Shown here piece after piece: positions 1-10,349 of a DNA stretch of 17,716 bases (positions within the stretch are counted from its first letter, which is position 1; every line of letters starts with the position of its first letter). The notes beneath the pieces are model-generated. The model searched no databases, was not told the origin of the DNA, and saw only the letters and a program-made list of their open reading frames with translations. Source of the stretch: a virus (Duplodnaviria > Heunggongvirae > Uroviricota > Caudoviricetes); IMG/VR virus record IMGVR_UViG_2698536312_000017. One strand, written 5' to 3'. Position numbers and translations under genes: made by a program.

Positions 1-525
1 ATGAACATAGCGTTGATCTGACTGCTCTTTACTGTAAACCTGAAGATTATCCCGTGCCGTCCCTTTATTCTGAAGGTCTGACAGATTGTTCTTCTGCCGC
101 AGGAATATCCTTTTCGGATCCTCAAGAAGATTTACCCAGCCCGCACTGTCGGAGCCTTCAGGATCGGTCAGGTTATCGTCTGCGGTATTCAGCCAGACCG
201 CTGTTGTTGCGACTCCGGCGAGAATGGCTCCTTTTGCATATCCACCAATGGCCCCCGCAAAACCGGCATTATACGTGTACAAACCGCCAGCCTGGGCGAA
301 CCGTATTGCTGCGGTAATATCGTACATCAGACCGTTAAAATCCTTGCCGTGTGGCGGTATACCTCCCGCTGAGACCGCTGTCATGGTCACCGGAGGAAAA
401 CCTGAATCATACGCAGCATTACCGCTCTCTCTGGTCTGCTGTGTCGCCTTGTCCGGGATACGGTTTTTATCTCCGGTACTCGCAAAGGGGACCGCCAGCT
501 GGCGGGGGTTATCACTGGCCTTCAT
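1..525 (-). CDS. tail fiber protein, N-terminal part (gene continues past the left window edge)
   Basis: Hand translation of the minus strand from ATG at 525..523 is open to position 1 (175 codons, [28 protein letters not shown]...). Strong RBS AAAGGAG about 7 nt upstream. Contains the NLSDL...ARDNL type motif I associate with enterobacterial phage tail fibers. Last gene of the baseplate cluster. Not in the ORF track because the stop lies outside the window. Confidence 0.7.
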   Translation of the reverse strand, partial: MKASDNPRQLAVPFASTGDKNRIPDKATQQTRESGNAAYDSGFPPVTMTAVSAGGIPPHGKDFNGLMYDITAAIRFAQAGGLYTYNAGFAGAIGGYAKGAILAGVATTAVWLNTADDNLTDPEGSDSAGWVNLLEDPKRIFLRQKNNLSDLQNKGTARDNLQVYSKEQSDQRYVH

Positions 526-1117
526 TACGGGGCTCCTTTAAAACCACTGAAACATAAACACCCGGCGGGGATGGCAGTGCACCCGACGACTGGATAATCG
601 CCAGTTCTGCCAACGAGAGCGCGGACTCAAAGATGTAACTCATCCTCAATCCACCATTATTCAGAACATAAGCCCGGCGTTTTTTTCCGAACATAAATCT
701 CAGCATCCGGTTAATATCCGGAACGGAACAGTCAGTAATGTTCGACATGGCTTTCATCAGTATCAGCCGCCGGTATACAGCATCAGACAGGTCAACAGTC
801 CGGGTATCCGATTTTCCGTTGTAAAACGGTGCCTGATTAAACGGACAGGGATCATCCATTACCGGGGTGTCCATCCTGGACTCGCTGAAGCCCAGGTAAT
901 TAAAATCGTCCTTTACCGTCAGCCGGCGACTGACACCCACAATCTTTCCCCAGACATCAAGACCATACTTTTCTGCGGTATCGATGTTCCAGATAAGACC
1001 ATAAAAATCACTGATAAAACTGTCGGGGGAAAGCGCTGCGTTAAAGCTGTTAATGAGGGCATTGAGTCGGGGGCTGGCAGCATACTGCGCAAGCACAGTG
1101 GCAGCCACATTCTGCAC
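512..1117 (-). CDS. baseplate/tail-fiber-attachment protein (P2 gpI / Mu gp48-like position)
   Basis: 201-aa ORF between the J-like gene and the tail fiber. Start is GTG at 1117..1115, preceded by AGGAGG about 6 nt upstream. Function inferred from position and size only. Confidence 0.5.
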   Translation of the reverse strand: MQNVAATVLAQYAASPRLNALINSFNAALSPDSFISDFYGLIWNIDTAEKYGLDVWGKIVGVSRRLTVKDDFNYLGFSESRMDTPVMDDPCPFNQAPFYNGKSDTRTVDLSDAVYRRLILMKAMSNITDCSVPDINRMLRFMFGKKRRAYVLNNGGLRMSYIFESALSLAELAIIQSSGALPSPPGVYVSVVLKEPRNEGQ

Positions 1118-1118
1118 G

Positions 1119-2360
1119 TTATGCCTCCTGGAGTTTCACACTGATATCCGACACATCCAGAACCGGAATCTCATCTATCCCGAAAGTGACAGCCGTTGTC
1201 CATGACGAACCGTCACGGCTCACAGTAAGGCCCAGAATATCAATATGTTCCGGATCGGTTTTGTAAATGCCGGCATAGTAGCGCCCGGCAGAGACAACAG
1301 AGGCAACTCTTGCCCGCAGACCACCATCTGTACCATTAAATGCGTCCAGCACGGATTGCTGTACCTGTCGGGTAATATCTGAAGGCAGGTAGTCACTTTT
1401 TTTCAGCGTCACACTGACATGCAGACTGACGGGTTTGAGTGTCTGCCAGCTGATCACGTATTCAGGATACGGCGGATCGTACTCCTTATCTGCAACAGTG
1501 AACGTTGTGTTGCCATTCATATCAATACCCGGCGGAGCCTTACGCCAGATGGCAGCCGCGATATCTGCCGGGCTGCCGCCGTACACGCCAACATACAGCG
1601 AACCGGGTGTTAATGGATACTGACTGACTCCGGCTTTTTGTTCTGTTTTTTTCGGATTATGGGTGACGTAAACATCCACCACGTTTTCTACCGTGGAGAG
1701 TATTTCACCCCGGATGGCTTCCAGAATATTCCGGGCATTACGGGCAACTGAATTACGTCGGCGGTTTTCAAAGTCCGCACGGGTTTCCTCATCGCTGCCC
1801 GGCACACCGGCACTGGCGTTAGTGACACCTGACCAGCCAGGTATTGCCTTATAAATTTTATTCAGCGTCCCCACAGGACAGCCGACGGGGCCGGTGGACA
1901 AATTCAGAAATACCGCATCAACCTGCCCTGATGCGCCGATAGTGACGTCTGACTGACTGACATACTTATAACCGGCCTCATCCTGCGCCATACTGCCCGC
2001 CGGGATCAGCGTGCCAACCAGCCCGGTACAGGTCGCTGTTACTGTCGTACCTGTGGCCCCGCGGCGCTCCAGGAAATAAATCCTGCCTATTGCATCCTGA
2101 AAGCGACCACTGGAAAAGTCAGGGTTGATCTGGTTAACGATATACAGCAACTGATCGTTTTTATCCGCAATAATGGCGCTTTCGCTGGATGCAAGTTGTC
2201 CCTGCGGACTGCTCAGACTGGTACTCATGGCCCCGCCCAGCGCCGCCGAAAAATCAGCAAGCCTGCCGCTCAGAATATCCGCTTCATCCGGCACATTCAG
2301 CCCGCTATCCGAAATCTGTACAGCGGGCACTGCGGTAGAAAAAGATTTATTTTCACTCAT
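1119..2360 (-). CDS. baseplate J-like protein
   Basis: 413-aa ORF; ATG at 2360 overlaps the upstream stop (ATGA). Size and position (after the W-like gene, before the gpI-like gene and fiber) fit the baseplate J family. Confidence 0.65.
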   Translation of the reverse strand: MSENKSFSTAVPAVQISDSGLNVPDEADILSGRLADFSAALGGAMSTSLSSPQGQLASSESAIIADKNDQLLYIVNQINPDFSSGRFQDAIGRIYFLERRGATGTTVTATCTGLVGTLIPAGSMAQDEAGYKYVSQSDVTIGASGQVDAVFLNLSTGPVGCPVGTLNKIYKAIPGWSGVTNASAGVPGSDEETRADFENRRRNSVARNARNILEAIRGEILSTVENVVDVYVTHNPKKTEQKAGVSQYPLTPGSLYVGVYGGSPADIAAAIWRKAPPGIDMNGNTTFTVADKEYDPPYPEYVISWQTLKPVSLHVSVTLKKSDYLPSDITRQVQQSVLDAFNGTDGGLRARVASVVSAGRYYAGIYKTDPEHIDILGLTVSRDGSSWTTAVTFGIDEIPVLDVSDISVKLQEA

Positions 2361-2713
2361 AGCAGTACCGTAAAAATGTCATTATTGGTATCTGTAATAC
2401 GCAGCACACCTGTTACTGTCCGGGTTTGATCAGCTGTGACCTGGCAGACAGCGGCGCTCACAGTCGGCAGTTTAAGTGCTTCCTGTTGCAGAGAGGCATT
2501 CACCAGTTGTGTGCCGGGCCAGTGTCCGAGGATGCGTGGCCAGTAAGGTATGCCAGCCGTTGAGTCGTACCAGCACTCCCCCAGAAAAGTACTGCACGCA
2601 CACGCCACATCCTGAGCTACCGCATGGGGATTATCAGTAATGGCAAGATTTCCGGTATCATCAAGCAGGATATCCCATGTCCCGGTGTCAAGAAGAAGTG
2701 ATCGTGACTGCAT
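2357..2713 (-). CDS. small baseplate protein (gpW/gp25-like position)
   Basis: 118-aa ORF with AGGAG RBS upstream of ATG at 2713; lies between the spike and J-like genes. Assignment by synteny only. Confidence 0.4.
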   Translation of the reverse strand: MQSRSLLLDTGTWDILLDDTGNLAITDNPHAVAQDVACACSTFLGECWYDSTAGIPYWPRILGHWPGTQLVNASLQQEALKLPTVSAAVCQVTADQTRTVTGVLRITDTNNDIFTVLL

Positions 2714-2725
2714 GTTTTCTCCTGT

Positions 2726-3403
2726 TTACCGGGGTCCCTGCGTGGTTGAGCCGCCGGACTCAACGCCGCCGTGAACGTGGTTTCCAAAATCAATACCCCC
2801 GATGTTCGAACCGCCGGAAAGCCTGGACTGCCCGGTAACGTTAAGCCCCTTACTGACGGCGGTATCGCCGTTCAGCGCAATTTGTGGTGAGTTAACGGTG
2901 AAGCTTTTCGGCGCATTAATCACACCCTCAGGCGCGGATATCTCCACTTTCCAGGGAGATACAATCCGTATCTGGTTGTCATCAAATACCACAAACTGGA
3001 CGGGATCACCGTTGAGCACGCCACCCAGCCAGATGGCATCAGCATAATTATGGGTACGCTTTGATCCCGGCATCGCAGCCTGACGCGTGGCTTTTACCGC
3101 ACTGATATCCCGATCGCAGATGGCAAGAAAACCGATATCCCCCACATGTGGCGGCATAATCACCGCATTACCGCCCCCCTGTAGTCGCCATACGGGAATG
3201 TTATAAATCACCTCATGTTCAACCGGGGAACCGTCTGCTGCAACGCCCATTACCATCGGTCGGGCCTCAATAAATCCCTCTTCCACGGCTACCACCCGTC
3301 CCAGAGTGATAAACGCATGACGTCCGAGAAACTGCCGCAGCATAAAGTCCTGTGCATTGATTTCGCTGTTCACGTCTGTCGGGTTACTGAGTGGTTGTGC
3401 CAT
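2726..3403 (-). CDS. baseplate central spike protein (gpV-like)
   Basis: 225-aa ORF. The C-terminal third is Gly/Asn/Ser-rich and ends in GNHVHGG (HxH at 2771..2779), the apex motif of gpV-type spikes. Lies upstream of the W-like and J-like genes. Confidence 0.65.
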   Translation of the reverse strand: MAQPLSNPTDVNSEINAQDFMLRQFLGRHAFITLGRVVAVEEGFIEARPMVMGVAADGSPVEHEVIYNIPVWRLQGGGNAVIMPPHVGDIGFLAICDRDISAVKATRQAAMPGSKRTHNYADAIWLGGVLNGDPVQFVVFDDNQIRIVSPWKVEISAPEGVINAPKSFTVNSPQIALNGDTAVSKGLNVTGQSRLSGGSNIGGIDFGNHVHGGVESGGSTTQGPR

Positions 3404-4253
3404 TTTCTTCAGCCCTCATCATGGTACAGTTGGAACTCCACGGACCGCCCACGGTTCGCGAAGTAATGGTGTGTATCACCCCAGTGATCGTATAATCGCC
3501 CGTCATATCAGGCAGTGACGATTCCAGATGCGCTGGCCTGCCAGTAAAGAGATCGGGGCAGAATATCGTGGTGGCGCTGAGTCCGGTCATGGTGTAAACC
3601 GGATAGCCAGTCAGTCCGTGATCCGGCGAAATCAGTACCGGCGGAATATTCCGGTTCTGCCCTTTCGGCCAGATGGTGACTTTCTCCACATTCCCCAGAT
3701 CAATGTTAATATCGGCGGCTGAAGCGACATCCAGCATTTGTTGTACAACATTACCGGAAAAATGCGGGTCAGACAGACTGCGGCTGACCCCCTGGTTTTC
3801 AAATCCAAGCCCGACAGTTGACGCCAGCGCACGGATAATATCTGCAACCGCAACATCGCCCTTTGCGCTGAAATCTGCCGCCGGCTGATTACGCAGATTA
3901 AAATGAATCTGTCCTGTCAGAATGAGCGGAATATCCGGTGCCTGGTTGTAGTCGGCGTATGCATCAGTAATATCACCTTCAAAAATAAGCCGCCCGTCGG
4001 CCCACAGCCGCATTTTATTTGCGGTACTCTGCTCCTGTCGCCACACACCGCGCCAGCTTAAATTCGTCATATGCGCCGGTGACATTCCCCAGATATACAG
4101 CGTGATTTGTGTACCAGCCACCCCTCCATATACGGCAATACTGGCAAAACAGCTTGCGTCGGTAATGGTCAGCATATTGCCCTGGCCATTACCAAACGTT
4201 CGTCCGTCTGAAAGAGTGAACTCCACCGTTATTTTACGTTGTCTGTAGCTCAT
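3384..4253 (-). CDS. putative baseplate hub / tail protein
   Basis: 289-aa ORF translationally coupled to its neighbours; position between tape measure and spike suggests a hub. No diagnostic motif recognised. Confidence 0.35.
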   Translation of the reverse strand: MSYRQRKITVEFTLSDGRTFGNGQGNMLTITDASCFASIAVYGGVAGTQITLYIWGMSPAHMTNLSWRGVWRQEQSTANKMRLWADGRLIFEGDITDAYADYNQAPDIPLILTGQIHFNLRNQPAADFSAKGDVAVADIIRALASTVGLGFENQGVSRSLSDPHFSGNVVQQMLDVASAADINIDLGNVEKVTIWPKGQNRNIPPVLISPDHGLTGYPVYTMTGLSATTIFCPDLFTGRPAHLESSLPDMTGDYTITGVIHTITSRTVGGPWSSNCTMMRAEENGTTTQ

Positions 4254-4552
4254 ATCAGTTCCTCAGGTAACAGCCAGTAGAGCCGGTACCGGGATCCGAG
4301 CCCCCGCCAGTCAGGGTCACTATTCCCCTCCGTGTCGGTAAAAAACAGGTCCCCCTGAAACGGCAGGTATCCGTACCGGACAATCCGGTTATTATTCAGA
4401 CACAGCACGCCATACAGGCACGGTTCACCATTAACAATGATATCGATATACATCCCCGTAGTACGCTGATTCAGGCGAATGGTGCAGACCTGAGCGCCCA
4501 GTGTCACCGTAAACTGCTGGGCTTTAACGGGAGATAAAACAATTTCCAGCAT
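4250..4552 (-). CDS. hypothetical tail-module protein
   Basis: 100-aa ORF with start and stop overlapping both flanking genes; embedded in the tail operon. Function unknown. Confidence 0.4.
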   Translation of the reverse strand: MLEIVLSPVKAQQFTVTLGAQVCTIRLNQRTTGMYIDIIVNGEPCLYGVLCLNNNRIVRYGYLPFQGDLFFTDTEGNSDPDWRGLGSRYRLYWLLPEELI

Positions 4553-5262
4553 CAGGTGATCCCCCTGTTCGTGGCGCTTCGTCTGTCAGCGTCTGACGGT
4601 TGTGTCACCGACGCCGTAACTGGCTGCGTTTTAACCGATGCGGCCCCTTTTGCTTTATCGTTGTCCGTGGGAGACGACTTATCCGTACTTCCCACTGACA
4701 CCTCTCCTGTATTCATTACGGTCTGAAATACCGCAGTAACCGTCAGTAAGGTCGGACCATTATTACTTCGCATTCGGTAGTCATATTTCACAAGGTCGCA
4801 GGATGTCCATGTCTTGTCCGGCGTCTCAATATCGTAGAGTCCTGCCGTGGTACGCATCCTTTCAAGCGTTTCCAGCACATTCGTCCGCGAGGTGGTGGAA
4901 AAATTTGTCAGGTTCGGGACGGATCCGGAAAAGGCCGTCCACCCCTCTACAGTGAAAGTCACATGCAGTTCCGGCGATCTCTGGATTTTATTAAAGGTGG
5001 TATAAGCCCCCTGCTCCACGGGGACGGTGGAAACAGAAGCCTCCGCGCCCACCTCAACGACAACAAAAGAATCCGGGGAGAAAGGTTTGCCACCCTTCTG
5101 ATGGGCACCTGCCGGATCATTCCGTGCGTAATAAATACCGAATGACGGTGCCAGTACACTGTTAATGAGTCCCAGGACACCGCCGCCACGAACTGCACTC
5201 AGTACGTTACTTTCACTGAGCGAAAAGTTATTCAGGGAAATATTATCGAAAGAAAAACTCAT
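4552..5262 (-). CDS. putative tail protein immediately after the tape measure gene
   Basis: 236-aa ORF; ATG at 5262 overlaps the tape measure stop (ATGA). Ser/Thr-rich C-terminus. Function by position only. Confidence 0.4.
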   Translation of the reverse strand: MSFSFDNISLNNFSLSESNVLSAVRGGGVLGLINSVLAPSFGIYYARNDPAGAHQKGGKPFSPDSFVVVEVGAEASVSTVPVEQGAYTTFNKIQRSPELHVTFTVEGWTAFSGSVPNLTNFSTTSRTNVLETLERMRTTAGLYDIETPDKTWTSCDLVKYDYRMRSNNGPTLLTVTAVFQTVMNTGEVSVGSTDKSSPTDNDKAKGAASVKTQPVTASVTQPSDADRRSATNRGIT

Positions 5263-7280
5263 CCTGTTACCCCGCTGGAATAAACCGACACGAGCGCCGA
5301 ATTCGTGATACGCCGACGTGCGTCATCGGTAATACCCTTCACATTGTCCGACGTTGTGGTGACATTCAGTGTCCCGATATGCGTGGTTTCCGTTACGGTG
5401 GACTGCCATACAGGCGCAGGATGGCGCGACCGTATGGCCATTGCCGCACCCGGATAAGGCAGGTTCGCCAGCACCCGCGGAATATAGTTGCGGGTCTCCT
5501 CCGGAGCAGCAGCCAGTCCCTTACGCTGAACATTTCCCTCTCCCCAGTTATATGCCGCCAGAGCCTTAGCCAGATCGCCATGAAAAAAACGTATCAGGCC
5601 ACCAAGTTTTCTCGCGGCGGCATCAGCGGCTTTTTCGGGATCAAAGGCATCGTTCCCCCTCAGACCAAATTCCCTGGCCGTCTTCGGCATGAACTGAAAC
5701 AGTCCCATCGCACCAGCAGGTGAGACGGCAAACTGATTACCACGGGATTCGGTGATCGCAACGCTGCGCAGCAGTCCGGGCGGCAGGTTATATTTTTCCT
5801 CCAGTTGAGACAGTTTCGGTTGCAGCCAGCCTAACAGGGCTTCCCCGGTCTTCGTCGGTCGCTGGCGGTTTTGCATGGCATTACCGAGTTTTTCCTGCGT
5901 CGCACGCATACCCTGTAGCCAGGATTCACCGAAGGCTGCTTCCCTCCCGGTTGCCTGAGAAGCCTGAGTATCCAGCATGCCCTGCTGCCATACTGTGGGT
6001 GATTGTGCCCGGGTGATGTTGCCAGGCTTTTCTCCGGCATCCAGTTTTGTCTGATACGTCTCCATCTCTTTCTTATTGAAAAAGAAAGTCCCGTCTGAAG
6101 CCCAGAAAAAACCATGTGAATCCAGCCAGTCCTTATTTTCCCTGCCAACAATGGATGTCAGTAATCCGTCAACAACCGGGTAAAGCGCCGTTATCGCAAA
6201 AAGAAGGCCTCCGGGGCCACTGAGGGCTTTTGTCAGCCCCCGCACCCATGACGCCACTTTCAGCCCGATCAGCGTAATAATGACATTCTGCCAGCCCCCC
6301 AGTTCTCCGGCAGCCTTATTCGCCAGGGAGGCCACTGACTCAACGTCATTCAGAAATGTGGTGATAAACCTGTTCACTTCCTCCGGATGTTGCTGCATCC
6401 AGTCACCGAGTGTCTCCAGCCAGTGGCTGAGCTTCAGCGCGTACGGCATCAACGCGGTGCTAATCGTCATCCCGATGCCGGACCAGGTCTGATCGAGCTC
6501 AACAAGCTCTTTTCGTAGCTTACGGGCCAGCGCTGTACGCCCCGGCGTAACCTGCGAACGGGAAGTAAATTCGTCCACATCTTTCAGCGCATGACCGGAG
6601 CCAAGAAACTGCTGTCCGGCATAACTGAAGCCCAGCGCGTTGCCGTAGGCAGTTTGTTCGGACTTTGTCAGTCGCGGAAAAATAACCGCCAGCTTGCGCA
6701 TGATGGCTTCAGTGCTGTCAGTATTTAAATCAACACTAATGCCCGCCCTGGCTGCAACCTGAAACAAATCCTGTAACACAGGATCAAAGGACCTTCCGGC
6801 TCTGAAGGCCGCTTTTGCATTTGCAAGCCGGGAAAATGCCCCAGACATTTCCCCTTCATCAACATTATTTGCCCGCGCAGCCCGTAACCATCCGTCCAGA
6901 TTTCTGGCCTTCATGCCAAAAGCATCAGATTCCACGGACAGACGGTTCAGATCACGGGCAAAACCTGTTACCAGGTTCTTCAGCCCCCCCAGCGTCAGAC
7001 TGACACCCGCAAGAGCCAGAATCTCGCTACGGATCCCTGAAAAAAAACGGGACGCCCGTTTCCCGGCATCTTCCATTCGACGGGCCGTTTTATCAGCATC
7101 TTTTCCGGTTTTTTCCAGTGATTCACTGGTTTTCTTCTGTCCCTGACTGAATGTGTCAGCGACACCTTCCATCACCGTCGTGAGCCGGTTAAGGGCAGCA
7201 TGTACTGCCTGTTCCCCGGCAGTAAAGTCCCTGTCATCAATCCCGAGGGACAGAACAAGCTCATCAAGTACCTGCGCCAT
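5259..7280 (-). CDS. tail tape measure protein with lytic transglycosylase (SLT) domain
   Basis: 673-aa ORF with AGGAG RBS. Hydrophobic central segments (aa about 320-380). Residues about 495-605 carry family-1 lytic transglycosylase motifs (TESRGNQF...AMGLFQFMP...AAYNWGEGNV). Follows the chaperone gene. Confidence 0.8.
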   Translation of the reverse strand: MAQVLDELVLSLGIDDRDFTAGEQAVHAALNRLTTVMEGVADTFSQGQKKTSESLEKTGKDADKTARRMEDAGKRASRFFSGIRSEILALAGVSLTLGGLKNLVTGFARDLNRLSVESDAFGMKARNLDGWLRAARANNVDEGEMSGAFSRLANAKAAFRAGRSFDPVLQDLFQVAARAGISVDLNTDSTEAIMRKLAVIFPRLTKSEQTAYGNALGFSYAGQQFLGSGHALKDVDEFTSRSQVTPGRTALARKLRKELVELDQTWSGIGMTISTALMPYALKLSHWLETLGDWMQQHPEEVNRFITTFLNDVESVASLANKAAGELGGWQNVIITLIGLKVASWVRGLTKALSGPGGLLFAITALYPVVDGLLTSIVGRENKDWLDSHGFFWASDGTFFFNKKEMETYQTKLDAGEKPGNITRAQSPTVWQQGMLDTQASQATGREAAFGESWLQGMRATQEKLGNAMQNRQRPTKTGEALLGWLQPKLSQLEEKYNLPPGLLRSVAITESRGNQFAVSPAGAMGLFQFMPKTAREFGLRGNDAFDPEKAADAAARKLGGLIRFFHGDLAKALAAYNWGEGNVQRKGLAAAPEETRNYIPRVLANLPYPGAAMAIRSRHPAPVWQSTVTETTHIGTLNVTTTSDNVKGITDDARRRITNSALVSVYSSGVTG

Positions 7281-7892
7281 TTCTGTTCTCCTGTATCACC
7301 TGTTCGTTATGGGCATCCACATGAATTATTTCCAGCAGATCCCATAAGTCCTGCACACCAAGGACAGAATCCAGTTCAGCTTTTGAAGCCTTACCGGAGG
7401 AGATAACGGTCGCAATGGTACGGGGAACATTAACGTAATCCACCACCCCGAACGGTCTGTCGGGGTCGAGATAACGCGGGGGGATATCTAGCTGACGACG
7501 GTAGCGAAAAAATCCACATGCAGCTTAAAGACCTCCGCACGCAGATTAAGACGGGTAATGATTTCTTCAATATCCTCTTCAACAAGCGGTCTCCGGATGC
7601 TGCGTTTTTTCGGATCGGGAACAAACTGCACACAGTCCATCATTTCATCCATCAACGGACGCGCCTCATCAGGCGGAATTTTCGATAATGCTTTCAGCCC
7701 TTCAAGGGCAAGCGCAGCCATCCCCAGACTACGAACATCATCCGGTAACTCCACGCCACCACGCCCCATTGCCATAATGGCACGCATCGCCCACCATTCC
7801 GCCTGTGAGGCAGACATTTCGGTAAGATGAAATACCTTGCCCTTATCCCGTCCCTGACCTTCAATAGTGATAAATTTCTCTTTACGGGCCAT
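7264..7892 (-). CDS. tail assembly chaperone frameshift product (GT-like, predicted -1 frameshift)
   Basis: The -1 frame is open from 7524 to a stop at 7264..7266. A slip at TTTTTTC (plus coords 7506..7512) would fuse about 129 aa of the chaperone to an 80-aa extension (…HVDFF-RYRRQLDIPPRYLDPDRPFGVVDYVNV…). Prediction only. Confidence 0.45.
7488..7892 (-). CDS. tail assembly chaperone (G-like)
   Basis: 134-aa ORF between the tube and tape measure genes. Slippery heptamer T_TTT_TTC lies 5 codons before its stop, with an open -1 frame downstream. Confidence 0.65.
   Translation of the reverse strand: MARKEKFITIEGQGRDKGKVFHLTEMSASQAEWWAMRAIMAMGRGGVELPDDVRSLGMAALALEGLKALSKIPPDEARPLMDEMMDCVQFVPDPKKRSIRRPLVEEDIEEIITRLNLRAEVFKLHVDFFATVVS
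7506..7512 (-). other. candidate slippery heptamer T_TTT_TTC for the chaperone -1 frameshift
   Basis: Minus strand reads GAT TTT TTC in the chaperone frame; X_XXY_YYZ pattern; -1 frame open downstream. Confidence 0.45.
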
Positions 7893-8338
7893 CAGTTAAA
7901 AACCTCCGGAGTAATGGTTTCCCACTCAATAACCGCCTGCCCTGGCTGCAACGTACGAGCTGCATCAGGCAGCGCTTTCCATTGTTTGAGTACGCCATTC
8001 ACGCAGGTATATTTACGGCCAATCGCCGGAAGCAGGACGACAGCGTTACAACGGAATACAGCCCGACTGGCCCGGGATGTGGTTGACCAGGTATCAAAAA
8101 TATCCCGGCTGGGGGAATCCGGCATGATATGAAACGTCTGGATAATGTTGCTGTACACAAATCCCGCGGACAGTTTACCGTCAATACCGCGGGCAGTTTC
8201 CGCCAGTACCAGTGGATCGGTGCCATAAACGTTATCTGTTGCAAATCCCTGAAGTCGTACGCCGGAGGGATACAGATTATTCACTGTCAGCGTGATAATG
8301 GCATCCGCCGCAGTGATGGTGTTGTTGTTACCCGACAT
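7892..8338 (-). CDS. tail tube protein
   Basis: 148-aa ORF directly after the sheath gene (TAA then ATG adjacent) and before the chaperone; size and position typical of a contractile-tail tube. Confidence 0.6.
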   Translation of the reverse strand: MSGNNNTITAADAIITLTVNNLYPSGVRLQGFATDNVYGTDPLVLAETARGIDGKLSAGFVYSNIIQTFHIMPDSPSRDIFDTWSTTSRASRAVFRCNAVVLLPAIGRKYTCVNGVLKQWKALPDAARTLQPGQAVIEWETITPEVFN

Positions 8339-9823
8339 TTACTGGACCTCCGTGGATGCAATAACAAGTTTCTGGATACTACCGCCGTCACAGTACCAGA
8401 GCGTACAGGACGGACTGCTACGGGTTGCCCGCAAAGAGGGAAGCATATCGCCGATATACAGGTAATAGCCGGTGGCAAACAACGTTGAAGAAACATCTGC
8501 CCCCACAACATTGTTAATCTGTTTCTTCTGCGCCTCCGTCAGTGTCACCCCTTCACGGATCCCTCCCCAGCGTTTGTACTGCTGGATAACGTCACTCATT
8601 GACGCTGCAACCAGCGCCCGCCCTTCATTGTTGTAGGGGATCGTCTGGTTTGACTTGAATAACGCGATCACCGCCCCCTGCAAACTGGCATTCAGCCAGA
8701 TTTGCCCGCAGAAACTGTCCAGCCATTTAAAATCACCGGTAATAGTGCCATCCGCCCAGTAATCTTCCACCACACTGTTTTCCGCATATTTTCCGTAGAA
8801 ATTGTAACCTGCGGCGATCAGCGCATCATAATCGCTGCCACTGGTAACATCAGCGGCCAGCCCCTCATACTCGCGGAACTTGAATGATACACGCCCCTCT
8901 GGTCGGACAAAATCAAGGCACGCTGCATACCCCAGTACCGCTGCAGCCCGGTTACCATCAGTCGCGAAAACAGGTACAACAGAGCTGTAGTTATTGACAG
9001 CAATTATCTGGTAAGCGATGTGTTCAGTACTGCCTTTTACTCTGGCGTTGCCGCTGGTTGTCCATGCCACATAAAAGTAACGCTTGCCCTGCCCGTTTGC
9101 CCATGCAGAAAACGCCAGGTGTTGCTCGTCAGTGACCTCAGATACCGTGGAAAAACCCGCCCATTGCTGGGAAGCGGCCTTAATGGCTGCCATTGTGTCA
9201 GGGACATCAGATACAGGCGCGCCCCGGGATATCACCGCACCGGTGTTACTGGTCATCTTCAGGAGTTCTGCTGCCGATCCACTGCCGAACGTTATCGTGG
9301 TACTCCCGGGTTTCGCCCCGGCGACAGTAATGACAAAAGCATTCTGTGTGGTATCGAATACCACTGTAGCCACTGCTGCGGTCAGCGCTGTCTGTAGTGC
9401 CGTTGCAGCAGCGGCGAAGCTGGCGACACCGTTAAAATTCACTTCAATGCTGACGCTTTTCCCGTTAATACTCAGCATCAGCGTGCCGGAAAGTTTTTGT
9501 AGCTGTTCAACAGTCGCGCCCTTAAACGAACCGCTACGTAACCAGGCCGCCGATGGGGCAGGACTGAAACGGGAAAACAACAATTGCCCCGGCGTCCTGG
9601 TGGCATTTTTGAAGCCCTGGAAATAAAGCTGAGCGCGTGCGTACTCATCGGATAATGCACCAAAATACGCGGCCACATCATCCGGAGAGGAAAACGGAAC
9701 CACAGTGCCGACCGGAAGTAACGGATTACTGGTCAACAGCAGGCCGTTAAGATCGACGGCATTACCCGCCACAGCCAGCACACCGGGATTTATCTGTACA
9801 TCTTTACTGAGTGGAATTGGCAT
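8339..9823 (-). CDS. tail sheath protein
   Basis: 494-aa ORF with GGAGG RBS; the largest protein between the capsid and tube genes. Assigned by size and synteny. Confidence 0.7.
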   Translation of the reverse strand: MPIPLSKDVQINPGVLAVAGNAVDLNGLLLTSNPLLPVGTVVPFSSPDDVAAYFGALSDEYARAQLYFQGFKNATRTPGQLLFSRFSPAPSAAWLRSGSFKGATVEQLQKLSGTLMLSINGKSVSIEVNFNGVASFAAAATALQTALTAAVATVVFDTTQNAFVITVAGAKPGSTTITFGSGSAAELLKMTSNTGAVISRGAPVSDVPDTMAAIKAASQQWAGFSTVSEVTDEQHLAFSAWANGQGKRYFYVAWTTSGNARVKGSTEHIAYQIIAVNNYSSVVPVFATDGNRAAAVLGYAACLDFVRPEGRVSFKFREYEGLAADVTSGSDYDALIAAGYNFYGKYAENSVVEDYWADGTITGDFKWLDSFCGQIWLNASLQGAVIALFKSNQTIPYNNEGRALVAASMSDVIQQYKRWGGIREGVTLTEAQKKQINNVVGADVSSTLFATGYYLYIGDMLPSLRATRSSPSCTLWYCDGGSIQKLVIASTEVQ

Positions 9824-10349
9824 TATCAGCCTCCGTTGTCCGGGTGATCACGTTGTCAAAAAACATCAGGGAAGTTGTGACCACAGGGTTAATCTGCATC
9901 TGAATATCAAGCGTCCAGCGCGGTTCATACTGTTGCTGACCGTTGGGGAATGTGGTGTTAAAGGGCTCTGAGCAATACAGCGGGGAAATCAGCCCACCGC
10001 CCTGCCGGAAAAGCCGTACGGAAAATTCAGACCGGAAAAGCGTTGCCAGCACCTGCGCGTTATCTGCCGCGTGAGGGCCGTAGAAATCAAGCTGGCAACG
10101 CCATTTTGTGGTACGGGTGATATGCTGAGAGCCCTCACCAGCCTGCGCTGGCGCAGAATATGCCACTACCGCAGTGGATAATCCGGTAACATCAATGCCC
10201 GTCATGGTGATGAAATTCCCCTGAGGCATCGGGACCTGGTTCTGCTGCGTTCGTTCAATCCCGGCATCAGAAAAAAGCCCCCGGAGATAATCACCGAGGG
10301 CCTGATAAAGAGCGCTTTCCGTAACGGAGAGGGTCACACCTGAAGGCAT
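9804..10349 (-). CDS. putative neck / tail terminator protein
   Basis: 181-aa ORF immediately upstream of the sheath gene, overlapping it by 20 nt. Function by position only. Confidence 0.35.
   Translation of the reverse strand: MPSGVTLSVTESALYQALGDYLRGLFSDAGIERTQQNQVPMPQGNFITMTGIDVTGLSTAVVAYSAPAQAGEGSQHITRTTKWRCQLDFYGPHAADNAQVLATLFRSEFSVRLFRQGGGLISPLYCSEPFNTTFPNGQQQYEPRWTLDIQMQINPVVTTSLMFFDNVITRTTEADNANSTQ

Noticed and set aside
86-541. Plus-strand ORFs of 87 and 151 aa (54..317, 86..541) at the left end
   Set aside because: They are antisense to the well-supported tail fiber frame (strong RBS, protein-like translation, fiber motif). Their translations are Arg/Ser/Pro-rich with no RBS; treated as shadow ORFs.
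9084-9626. 180-aa plus-strand ORF inside the sheath gene
   Set aside because: Antisense to the sheath gene; Ala/Val/Cys-rich low-complexity translation typical of a shadow frame, with no independent signal.
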